Below are positions 30,401 through 45,744 of a stretch of 64,000 nucleotides of DNA, one piece after another. The notes under the pieces were generated by a model. That model searched no databases. It had not been told where the DNA came from and saw only the letters and a program-made list of their open reading frames with translations. A program made the translations under genes and the position numbers. Position 1 is the stretch's first letter, and every line of letters begins with the position of its first letter. The stretch is from Ptychomitrium polyphyllum. Its lineage: Eukaryota. The stretch is taken from the NCBI GenBank assembly GCA_973851085.1, contig OZ316775.1, forward strand, positions 10,106,001 through 10,170,000, in the 5' to 3' direction.

Positions 30401-32570
30401 AAGGGAAGAAGTTTCAGTTTAAGGAGTCAAACCCCTTTGCTTCAGAGAACGAAGAAGTGGCTTCGGTTGCTTACAGATATCGCAAGTGGAAATTGGATGA
30501 GGTGAGCTAATATTATATCCTCACTATCTTTAATATCTTCACTCGTAAGTATTGCTTTTAAGGAGAATGGAAAAAGACAATCTACGTTGTGTTTTTGACA
30601 AAATATTGTTGGTTCTTGTGGATGTACAGGATATCACATTGGTGGCTAGGTGTGAGCTTCACAGTGTGGCAGAAGTCAAGGGCTCCGAGATCCTGTTGAC
30701 TATCAATGCATTAAATGAGTTCGACTCCAGAATCACCGGCGTTGATTGGCGCCAGAAGATTGAAAACCAGCGTGGAGCGGTAAGTGCTAAATTTTGTTTG
30801 TTCTGTCTGTCTCTGTTTTCCAATGTTTTTCAAATGATGAAAGAGTGTTGATTTGAACAATTATTTGTCTCCATTTTATCAACTTTGTTTTACTAGTGAA
30901 TAAGTGGATGTTGGGTCTTCTTTTAACTATTGTAAATTAAATTCTGCTTTTCTTGAGGGAGAGAGGATATTCTTTAATTATCTGGCATGTGTATTTAGGT
31001 GCTAGCTACAGAGCTGAAAAACAATGCGAACAAGCTGGCCAAGTGGACAGCCCAAGCTCTCTTGTCAGGAGCTGACCAGGTGCATATTCATATTTCTGCA
31101 AACAACTGACTTCTTGCCGTTAAGCCAAAATCAATTTCGAAAGCTATCATTTTGAATACAGTCGTTACAGTTGTTGTGTCCTCTTCAGTAGATTTGTATA
31201 GTAGGAATGTTTTTGTGACGCTTCAAACGTTTTCACCAGCATGTAAATAACAAGCATGCTTTGTTACTTCTGCAGATGAAATTGGGGTATGTGTCGAGGG
31301 TGCATCCCAAGGATAACTTTAACCACACGATGCTCACTATCCAAGGCTACAAGCCTAAGGAATTTGCCGGCCAGATTAACCTAAATGTGAACAACATGTG
31401 GGGTATTCTTAAGGTTTGTTTCAGATTCTTCCTGACGCTAGCACTTCTAAGCATTGCGCATCGTTGAGTTTCTTTGTTTTGATGCTATGCCAAGGAAATG
31501 ATGGCAGCTTATTAGTGGCCAGTCATAATAGAGAGAAACATCTTTATGGGTTAAATTCTCTTTGGTAGGATCCTGTATCTCACTGTGGTCTTTTCATACT
31601 CGTATTTGTTGCTGCAAAGAGCATGAGTGTTGTTTAGTCCTTACACAATAGGTTTACATCAAGAGTATCTGCAACTGTTGAACTTGATTTGCCTGTTATT
31701 TAGAACCTAGGTTAGTATCTTCTGGGGATATACTGGAGTGTGATCTATAATTCATGTTTTTTGAGCTGAAATTTAATACTCATCCACGGATTTCTTTGCA
31801 GACTGTTGTGGATATCTGCATGAAATTGGATGAAGGAAAGTACTTATTGGTGAAGGACCCCAACAAACCTACTGTCAGGTATTTTTTCTGTTCATGACCC
31901 TTTCTCAAAATTATAGGTTTCGTACACATGGGACATGGCTTTGAATTATGCAATCGAGGACAAGCTGTTAGCCCTGGCGGTACTTTTATACAATCATGTT
32001 GCTTATGAATAGTTTGCATGATTTTGTAGGTTGTACTCTGTTCCGGCTGATGCATTCGAGAATGACTATGCTGAAGAGCCACTACCTGAGGTGAGATCTT
32101 ACATCAAGCTCATTAACACTACTACTTTTATGCGATTTTGTTAAAAATTCGTCGGAAGATGTGGTGTCTGTTTCTCTCAACTTAATTACTTGCAACAATT
32201 AGTCTGTGATTCTTTGTTACTACTGTGCTCGCCTGTTACCGATGAAGCGTCATGATGCGGGCGGGGAGCAGTGGAGAGGGTGAGGTTGGAGACACTCTCT
32301 GACACTGCCCGCTTGCCTCGCTGCATCTTCATCCCAAACAGGCTTGCCAAGTAGTATCTTGGAAACCTCTGATTTGGTCTCTGGCTCATTTAAACTCTTT
32401 TCAAATCATGTGATTTTGGAACAGCATATTATAATTGTGGAAGTACCAGCTTGAAATTTAAATAACGTATTTTATTATGAATGTAGGACGAGCAAGCGCC
32501 ACCACCTCCTGCAGTGGAAGGCAAGCCCGAGTTGACAGAGGATCAGGAGAAGGATACAGAAGAGATTTAG
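27469..32570 (+). CDS. EIF3D: Eukaryotic translation initiation factor 3 subunit D, multi-exon
   Basis: [133 protein letters not shown]. Last exon 32487-32570 ends EEI*. Confidence 0.95.
32205..32372 (+). ncRNA. Candidate intronic structured RNA (long-stem C/D-box snoRNA/scaRNA-like)
   Basis: GC-rich island in the last eIF3d intron (32091-32486) with nested complementary blocks, a degenerate C-like box TGTGATT at the 5' end and CTGA at the 3' end. Confidence 0.45.
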
Positions 32571-34226
32571 AATTAGTTTTCCTTGGTTTTGTTTAGAGAA
32601 ACTTGCTTCCATACTACCATTTGCAGTGTGGGCTTGCAGGAACGGCTACTTATGATACTTCTCTTACAAAGAGCGACTTTTTTGCAGTGGACAGTTGTAG
32701 GCTTTCTTGTTGGTACGAGGTAGTGGTCCTTCTCATAAATTAAGTGTCTTTCTATCAATTTCTTGTTAATATAGAGTTGAAGTTTTTATCCGTAGTTTGG
32801 ATTCAATCCAGCTGGAAAAGGTTATATTGTGTACCGTGGTTTGGTAAACAAACGTTGCCACAAGCAAATCAGAGCACGGCGCATTGTTCTAAGGCGCTTT
32901 TACGGGACCATTGTACAATTTGAAATTTGTTGTGTAGTGAGGGCAAGGCCAAATGTGGCACACTAGGTACAAAACTGGGTGAAATTGGATGAAGTTCCTA
33001 AATTGTCATATAGTGGTGGTTTCTGTGGACTATCCCAAATACACACAACATTTTGATATCACATTCCACGTCAAAAACTACACAAAAGAGATTTACTCAT
33101 GGATAAATGAACATGTGCAATAACTTCCATACATGTTATTTTTTTTCCATTGGTGTGCCTCACCAATGACCTTCCTCTCACTCATTTGCACTTTAGAGTA
33201 GCCCTTAACTCATGTAAGGGACAGTAAATGATTTACATCCAAACCCATCACTTTACCTAAAGCCGACAGTATCTACGTGTAACATACCTATCACTGCATG
33301 AAGTCCGCACAACCAGTAAACGACGTCGAATCTCTGTGCAGACTATCACAGTGTACGAAACCTCTAATCCAGGAGATTAATATATTATTAAAATAAATGT
33401 AAACCTCCAGTAGATAGTACCAGTTTCCCGGGTACAGTGGCGGTTTTTTGTGTGATAGAGTCCCTCGCTGGGGAGCGAGACCCGGCACAAGCGCCACCTA
33501 TGTGCCGTCTCAGGAGGTGATTGCAGCGGATGGAGATGCCGATGGTGGCACGGCAGAGAAGTGAGCAATGCCAAGCGCGGAGAAAAGCTGAGAAATCTTT
33601 GCGCTGCGAGGTGGTGGTGGTGGTGGTGGACGGTGGTCTTGGAATTGCACTCAGGCAGGCGAGGCGTCGTCTCTTTATCTGTCTGTGGTGGAGACAACGA
33701 ATTCCCTTCTTCCAGATTCTGCTTCTGGAGCTTCAAGCATTCGTGGCTGGCGCTTCACAGGTTACAAGTAATCTTTTTCCATTGTAACTTCTCGCTCTGT
33801 CTGTGTCTGTGACTGAGAGTGCTGCCGAGTGCCTCGCAGCCAACGCAAATCATCTTTTGCACAAGAGAGAGTAGGTTATCATACACTTGAATTTCGGAGG
33901 TTAGGGGATGAGTTCTTGTTTGTAGGACGCGAGATCGTTTTCATGCGAATGTAGGACATGAGAAGGCAACGCCTGTGGAAACCAGTCCTAATGGGGATCT
34001 GTAGAGGTGCTTTTTTTGGTTTGAGATTTTTAGGTTTAGGGTTCGGGGTTTTTGGTTTTGGCATTTTGAATGCGTTATTGCGTGAATCGGTGGGTTGGAG
34101 TTGAGGCGAGATGATCACATTTGAGATAGTTGAGAGGTTGAATGGTTGCACAAAGCCCTGAACACTGAAAGAAGGTTGGTCTGTGTTTTCAGTTTTGTTT
34201 GGCAGGCGTTTTGCTGTTGTGTAACG

Positions 34227-37151
<2,925 letters not shown>

Positions 37152-39577
37152 GTCGGAATCGGGATAGAACTGAATATTTTTGTAGCCATTTACAGGCTGT
37201 GCTGAATATAGCATTTGAGTACAGCTGAGTGCTTACAAGTTTTGACACCTTGCCAATGCTCCATTTTTGTGTTTTAAATTCATTTTTGGTTACTTGTAAG
37301 CTTACATATCCTTCAGAGGCATTGATGTTCAAAAAGCGATCCATTGAGTAAGAATCTGCTAATCTTACGCAAAGCTGGGCTGGTGAGTTCCGCCGATGCC
37401 AGGACTGCGTTTACAATTCTATGTGCATCTAGTGCTGAGCTTTTTTTCTAGTGCCCATTTCATTCAATGAGACAATGTTTCCATCATTACACTTAGAACC
37501 TCACAGAAGACACTATTGAAGCACCAAGACTAAGTAAAACCTAAGTCAAGTCATCTCTGTCGTGTAGTGCTGCACTTGATTTTTCCGGCTCCTATTGCTT
37601 TGAAAGGATAAGGAGAAGCAAGGATTGAAGATTCGAGAGATAGCTTTGTGGACATGCTTATGCGGTTGATGTATTTATGTTTGTCACTTTGTTTAGTGCA
37701 CAAATGTTAACATTGAAACGTAAAATGTTTAGATCAACTGTTAGTCACGAGTCAACAGTACGTGTGCCAGCTTGATGTATGAAGTGCAAAATATAGGGTA
37801 GCAAAGGAGATCCTAAAGAGGATCAAACAAATTTCGTAGATCCTGAGGAGGATCAATTATATTTAATATGTTTGCAGCTGAATATACATTTATTAGTACA
37901 TATCAAAGGAGAGGACCAGAAGACCCTTCATTTCATCGATGACATTCAGAAATTCCCAGTGTAGGGCATTTCTATTACCACCTTTCTCTGCTGCTGTGAT
38001 TGAGCCAGGTAGGATTCATCAACAGGAAACGTTATTGTCACGAGGATCTGAAGTTTGAACTCAGGATGTCTACTTTCGTGATTCTACAGTTCCTCAACAG
38101 ACTATTGTGCATTCCCTTGTTCCTAACAAAAACAATATTTAGTAAAGATGTTTAGTTTGCAGTTGCCAGAGCTTATTCCAAGATTCGTGGATCTGATTTT
38201 TTAATGCACTGTTGAGACTACTGGAAGACTCTGTTCCATTGATGACAGATCTCGTAGATGCAGATTCAATCGGCGACATGAGTCTCAGGCAGAGCTTTAG
38301 AATTGAAAAACTAAAAACTATGAGATCTAGTCAGAAATATTGATGAAGAGCACCTTGGACTGGTGATAAGAATTTTGTGTAGTGTAGTCACATAGCAGGT
38401 TTGTCACTAATTAATTCTGAAAGTGAATGACTAAAAATTTGGGATTTTTTTTCAAAGTGGAAAAGTGAAGTTCGAAGAACGAGATCAAAGTAACCAAACA
38501 CAAACAGAAACCAAAGAAGCTTTCTGGAAGAGATTTCAAAATTTGAAAAATCAGGTTAAAACGTCGCAACACATTCAACTCCATGTTTAATTCAGATGAC
38601 GAAGCACATGCATAAGAATTGGAAAATTACCAGCTTAACAGCACTTTGCTATAACTGCCATATTAGCCAAATGACTTAAGAATTGAGCTAAAAGATCATT
38701 GAAATCAAAATATCTATCATAAATTTACGTTAAGATCACATCAATACAGTATATCAGTTTTCAAATGTGCAGAGTAGCCTTAAAAATAGACTCCTTCTGG
38801 ACCTCATGCTTATTATTAAATCAACAGCACGGCGGGATGGCCACATAATTTCAGCTCACGAAAATTCTTGCATGTTTCCAGCACACTGTACACAACACCA
38901 AGTGCCGCTTAATTTGGGTTAAGTCTTCATATCTACCATGAACTCAAGCCTGGTTGAACTACCGCAATAGCAGTAAATTCTCAACTTCGGTGTCGACTTT
39001 CACAACCACAACCTAAACCCAAACAATCAACAGGAATTTGGAAGTTGCATTGTGATTGAAACCACAAAAACAGAATTGTGAACAAAGAGTTACACACTGC
39101 CAGGTAGGCTTCTACGCATCCCACGTACATCGGACTCGATTCAGTTCTAACCTCCAGTGCTCTACAGTACAGTAGCGAATCAATTCGGGTGCAGGCTTGG
39201 TTAAACTGTTCATGGAACGATCAAAGTAAAGTTTTGATCCATGTCAAAACAGTTTGAAATTAATCGTCTAAGTTTCATGCGCAGCTCCGCGGCCAGCCAG
39301 TCCAGATATGTCTAACAAAATTGCTCATTTGACACGCCATTCAAAATGGAGACGTCGCCTTTGCAGCCTCTCATGGATCCACTCTGGTTTGAAGTTTCTT
39401 GTGATCTTGACGGGATTTGATTGGAAGGTGATGGACTGAGAGAGTTTTGTACAAAGCTGCTGACTTTGTGATAATTTATGATAAAGGTGGATCGAAGGTT
39501 ACTAGTGTGATTGATGGTTGAAGGAATGCCTGTGTCAAGACTGGTTTTGAAGTAGGCTTTGCAAGTATTTTGGAGCC

Positions 39578-42339
39578 ATGGCGTATACTTTGGAGCAGAC
39601 TCCGACATGGGCAGTGGCTGCGGTGTGCACGGTGATTGTGTTTGTGTCCGTGCTTGTGGAGCGGCTCATTCACTCCCTCGGTCATGTAAGTGATGATCTG
39701 AGCATTAGAGTTCATTGCTGCATTGTGTTTAAGAGTGGGGTTGGATTTGTGGGGAGTAAGTGCGTGATCCGGAGTGGTTTGGGAGAGTGCAGAAACTGAA
39801 GGAGGAGAAGCAGAAGCCGTTGTTTGAAGCGCTGGAGAAGATGAAGGAGGAGTTGATGGTGATGGGGTTCATCTCTCTGTTCCTGGTCGTGTTCCAAGGT
39901 GCAATCATCAGCATTTGTATGCCCGAGACCTGGGCAGATTTCATGCTCCCTTGCCCTTACGACAAGAACGCGCGTGCTGTCAACGACTATGGCAACTCAG
40001 TGCGTCGCAAGCTGCTTGGTACTGCGGCTACGCAAGTGGAGAACCTCATCTCCATTGGAGGGCGGAAGCTCCTAGATCCCGAGCACATGCGCCACTTGGC
40101 TGCCGCTGAGGGGAAGTGTCCCACGGTACGGTAACTTTGCAATTGAGCTCATTAGGCTTTGCAAATCATCAGGATTAGCTTCGAGGTTCGACGATCGGGG
40201 TAATATGGGGTGCTGTTGGTTTGCAGGGCAAGGTGCACATTATCTCTCTCGAAGGTCTTCATCAGCTCCACATTTTCATTTTCGTCATGACGTGCGTTCA
40301 CGTGCTGTACAGTTGCATCACCATCTTTCTTGGATTCTACAAGATGCTTGGGTGGAGAAAATGGGAAGAGGAAACAAGAGCTGAAAATTACGACCAAATC
40401 GCTGGTACTGCATTAATTGTTCTCATCTGTTCTCTTTTTCTGAGCATTAGATCAACTTTAACGATCTACAATGCTAGTTTAAATCGACGTGGTCGCTGTT
40501 TCAGAATTGTTTCTTCTGCTGTTTTGTTCTGCCAGCTTTGCGGAAGGGTTTCAAATTGAAACAGACCAAGACGTCTCTAGTTTCTGAAGATCAGCGTCTG
40601 CTATCATGCGCATCCTTATTCAGTTGGCTTGTAAGTATACCCTTGACCTGACAGTGCCGTATTCTTAGAATTAGTTCCATTTTCCGAAATGGCTTCTCAC
40701 ATGATGTGTATCGTGATGATAATGCAGGTCAGTTTCTTTCGGCAATTCGGGAGTGCAGTGGTGAAAGAAGAATACCTGGCTCTTCGCCTGGGATTCATCG
40801 TTGTAAGGCAGTATTTCCTATTCATGAAGGTCTCTCTATCTGTCTCTGTCGATTTCAAGATGCAGTTTGTGTTTAGTCATCGAACTTAATCCCTTTGTTC
40901 ATGTGCTGCAGACTCACAACTTGACCAATAAGTTCGACTTCCATTCCTATATTAAGCGCACTTTGGAAGACGACTTTAAAGTTATTGTTGGAATCAGGTA
41001 GAGTATGATCCGCATGTGTACTTGATCTTAAACCATAAGCACTAATCAAATTCAGTCAGTGCATTACTGGAGGTTAATCTAATCCACTCAATGCCTGTGA
41101 GTGTTCAACAGTTCCTCTTTGTGGGCGTTCGTGGTCATCTTCCTCCTTCTCAATGTCCATAGTAAGTTGTCATCATTCCTTCTCGTAATTTAACTTCTCA
41201 TCCCCTTCGTTGTGTCGTAAATTTCCCGAAAAATCAGTCTGCAATCAAGATAATTTATGATGGAGTACGTGCGCTTTTGCTTGCTGCAGACTGGTATACG
41301 TACTTCTGGATTGCATTTCTGCCCCTATTTGTAAGTGACCTCAACACTCAATCGAGATTACTTTTCCTTTTAAACTGTTGATGAAAGTAACAGAATACTC
41401 TCTAAAGTTAATAAACTTCTGAGTGCATTCATATACATGATGTGTGATAAATGCAGATGATTCTTCTAGTGGGAACAAAGCTCCAACACATCATCCAGCA
41501 ATTGTCACTTGAGACAGCGCAGTCACAAGGTGTAATAGGTGTTGCGATTGTCGAGGCTCGTGACTCCTTGTTTTGGTTCAATCGGCCCCAAGTTCTGCTC
41601 TCCCTGATCCACTTCATCTTGTTCCAAAATGCCTTCGAATTAGCCTTTTTCCTCTGGATCCTGGTAAGCGGACAGGTTCAGGGGATTGTACTTATAATTA
41701 TGATTGTAAGAACTAATATACCTATCAAATTTCATGCTGCGAGTTTACAAGACCGGGGTCCTTGATCCTCACTCTTATATAACTATCTCGTCCCCTCCTG
41801 CAGACAACATTCGGATTTGACTCGTGTGTCATGGGGAAAGCTTGGCCGGTCATCACTCGCTTAGTCATGGGGACAGCAGTCCAAATATTGTGCAGCTACA
41901 GTACACTTCCACTTTATGCTCTTGTAACCCAGGTTCGAAATTTCAAGGATTAATCTCTAATCTGCCCTTTCCAGAGCCTTTGATTTATTTTCTTTTTGCA
42001 TGGTTAACCTGAAACTGAATTAGTTGCGATGCCTCTCCATTCTCTGTTTTGTAGATGGGCAGTCACTATAAGAAAGGAATCTTTCAAGAAAAGACAGCGT
42101 CAGCCATCATTGGATGGCGCCATAAAGCAAAGAAAAACCTTCAAAAGAAAGCACAGGAAGGCGAGGGTGAGGATGCAGGGCAGGTGATGTCTATGAGGAG
42201 TCAGGGACTAGAAAGCGTTGAACGAGATGCCCCAAGAGACTCAATATCTTCAGCAGCAGGAAACACATGGGATTTAGAAAGCCGACCACTTCGACGTGAA
42301 TCTATTGATTCAGGTAGGCTGGATTTTACAATCCAGTAG
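39578..42339 (+). CDS. MLO: MLO family seven-transmembrane protein
   Basis: [120 protein letters not shown]; C-terminal CaM-binding-like SAIIGWRHKAKK. Confidence 0.95.
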
Positions 42340-43199
42340 TTGGATCAACCGAAAAGAATCTGATTAATGCGGTCTTGTTAAACATTCTTCGTGGCTTTAG
42401 AGTATGTTAGTTACGATATGACCAAACCGATTCTTGATCAAATGTTAACAGAGCCTTGCTTGCTTGACGCAGCCTCCATTTATTCTCCTGATGAGCCCCG
42501 ACATGGTACGAATAGACAAATGATGTGAAGGAAGCTGATGGCTATGCTAGGTGTTCGGGAAGGTGCTTCTTCGAGAAGCTATTTGGGGTTATCCTATCCT
42601 CCGAGAGCCTTTCTAGCTTGGCAGACAACGGACATGGCCCATTCACAAGATACTCCACTTTGCATAATCTTGAACAAAATTACCTGCAGTTGAGATTGAA
42701 GAATGCTCTGGTCGCTCAATTGCATTGATTATCAGTAACTTAATAGGGGTTAGTCTAGGATGTGGATGATTGAGATCATTTACAGAGGAAACCAGCCAGT
42801 GCAGCCTTGACTACACTTTGCTGAGAAAATTTTCCAGAAATTGATATCGTTTGCCATTAGTAATTGAGCTTATATAGTTATTTTGAGTTTAATTTACTTT
42901 ATGAGAGCATCTTAATCCCCGAATAGACGCAGAACTTCACCTTTGAGTACAGATTGACTTCATAAGACTTTTCCTCTATACTTTGAAGAATATGATATCT
43001 GCACTGTTGAGGTACCAATTGCAGTTGTAACGGGAGGTGAAGAACTGCTGAGATCACTATTAGATTGGCTTACGAAGACATGAATCTCATCACACCCACC
43101 TTTCCAGATTCCAAAATCACAACTGGTAACTTTGACAATAAGTGTCAGAAAATGGTACAAACTTCTACTCTGATGAGAGTACACTGAGCCTCCTAGTCT

Positions 43200-44400
43200 G
43201 ATCAAGTGAATTGATAATCTAAAAGCCTAGTTGATTTTTGTTGCATTGCTCAAAGTTGGAACAAACTTTCTCTTAGCTACTATGCCATCGTCTGATTTCT
43301 TCACTGATGTCAAAACCTTGCTGGATATCTTCCCTTATGTTCGTCAGCAAATATACCAGGGTAGGGCAAGAAACATGAGTTGGTGAAGGTATCAGCTTTT
43401 TATGATGTCAAGTTTCAGGATTCTATGATCCGGATGGTGGGATATGAAGAAGGCCAGTTAACCACCCTGATACGACGATCTGCCTTTTGAAATAGCCAAG
43501 AAAGCCAACAACGACATTCTCAGCGCCTTTGCTCAATTCGTGAAAAAGCTTGCAGATTCTGAAGGTACACTTGTGAATGCTACCTTCGGCGTTGTAATTG
43601 TAGCTTCGAATATACGTTGCATCAGTTCCAAACTTTTGCTGTAACAAAGAGGTGTGCAAGTTTATGAGATTCCAGGCCATGACCCAGAGCTCGTCAATTG
43701 CATCAATAAGTTTGTTCTCTTCCAACTTCTCAACACTTAGTAGATTTGGTAGGTCGTTGAACTTAAAGCAGGTACTATTCCAGTCACTTCAAGTGCTTTA
43801 CTTTATCGTGCACAAAATATTCGTTCACAGCGACATTCTTAACAAAGCTTACTCATAATTCACGGAATAGTAGTCGCACATGGAGTGGAGAGATGAACAT
43901 ACCTACAGGTGTCCTAGAAAAATCTTGCACGACTAATTCTTTGGGTTATGATGCTGAATACGATGCTCCATCTGACAGTGAGACAAGTCGTTCGGAGTGA
44001 AAATCGATCCACTCAAGGGACAACAAAACGGGTTTTCATGCAAGGAATCGTAATCACGGTAGCCATGGATTAAAAGAAGTGTAGATTCTTCACAGCAACT
44101 TTTGTTTGGATACTGCAATATTGAGCTTGTCTCCTCTTTTCATGATCTAACGAGTGGCATCGATGTAACCATTCTGGAACCATGGCAGATACAATTTCAT
44201 TGTTTTCATCAGCATCTTGCTTGTATCAGCAAGCAGCTTGTGTGATATTGCACTGATGTCAGAAAAATTAACATAATGCTTACACTCTGCCAGTATAGAG
44301 ATTTGAAAAGCAAAGGCCTTGGACTTCCACTCTCTTGTGATGGTCTCTCTGCTGTAATTTTCAAGGTTGTTGCTTCACTGCAATGCCACCCAACGCATTG
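43200..44400 (-). pseudogene. Possible heavily decayed NLR LRR region
   Basis: Minus-strand translation near 44070-43975 gives PWLP*LRFLA*KPVLLSLEWIDFHSERLVSL, resembling the first LRR after an NB-ARC. Weaker LRR-like pieces (FNDLPNLLSVEKLE) lie near 43760-43720. Confidence 0.3.
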
Positions 44401-45524
44401 AATACTTGTGATGAATTCAGAGAAGTGGAGGGAAAGAGACATGCAGTAATTGGTGGCCATGAATTTATTTGTGAGAGAGACATGACATCTCAAAGTGACT
44501 ATGAATTGGTGAACTTGATGTATTCACCTGTGGTAAATCACACAGGATTATGATGTGTTATTCCATATTGGCTGTTGCTCCACAGGCATGGATTGCCACA
44601 AAACTTTCTTCACAAATCTATTTTGCTGGAAAAGAAAACAGCCTCATCTGTTGGTTGATATCTGTGATTAGCTGGCTTGAACTTTGTTATATGCTCTTTG
44701 AGTGCTGTGGGGTATGTGGCATGAGAATGGAGCCAGTATTTTCAAATTTTAATTGGCATAAGTATCAAAAACTTTATCATCAGTACCTAAGGTATGTTCC
44801 CAAACATGGGGAAGGCTGGTCCATCAAGCAACTCTTTTCACAATCTGTTGTCCACAAAAATTTGCTTTGACCTTCACTGTGAAGCACATGGGTGTTGTGG
44901 TGGATTGTAATACCCCATGTCAAGCTCACCTAAATTTGAAGATTCAAACAAAGCACACCATTATAGATAGATCAATCAGTGTATTGCATTATCAAAATCA
45001 TACATTCAAAATGGGTTGGGTTAGGTTAATATGTCATGGTCTTTGCATTGACAATATTCAAATGGTGTGAGGTGACCCAATATTCATGTGCAAGGAGCCT
45101 CAGGTTCACTCTTGCTGTCTGCATGTCTCACCTTATTTTTATTTGTGTCCTTAGAGCCCCTTGGACACACACACCAAATTGTAAACAAGAATTGTTTTAT
45201 TCACATAGAACACTTGAAAGCACATTAGAAAATTATGTAAAACAGGCACAAAAAAAATTCAGATCTTAAGAGTTTACATTGTGGGGTTTAGAATCCTTTT
45301 ACAATTATGGTAAATTTCTCTACCACTACTCAAATTTTACCTAGATATTACATAAATATACGGAGGATATCAACATGTGATCACATGGTATCACACAAGT
45401 ATATTCCAATTATCATCAAAGTATCAACTCATTTGCATGTGGAAGCTTTCAAATATTCCATACATATCCTTGGATTATCTTCCAACTTGAAGCCCGTATT
45501 TCCATCATATAAAAAATCTTATGA

Positions 45525-45744
45525 TTTGGACATTGGATGACAAAACCACATCCATTGCAAATATGCTAATGAATCAAATTTGAGATGTATTGTTAAATTT
45601 TAACAATTCAGTGGATTTGACCCATTAAGATCACTTATGTTTAATGAATTTACTCCACTCTACCTCAAAAATTTAATGATAAGTTTCAAATTCCATTCAT
45701 TAGCATGTTTGTAATGGATGTGGTATTATCATCCAATGTCCAAA
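45525..45744. mobile_element. Long inverted repeat / foldback element (MITE-like)
   Basis: Arm tttggacattggatgacaaaaccacatccattgcaaatatgctaatgaat...ttaaattt matches the reverse complement of aaatttaa...attcattagcatgtttgtaatggatgtggtattatcatccaatgtccaaa over ~75 bp; the spacer is itself partly self-complementary. Confidence 0.7.

Noticed and set aside
44825..44900. Minus-strand KFLWTTDCEKS, resembling a retrotransposon RT connection motif
   Set aside because: Too short, with no collinear flanking RT/RNase H motifs.
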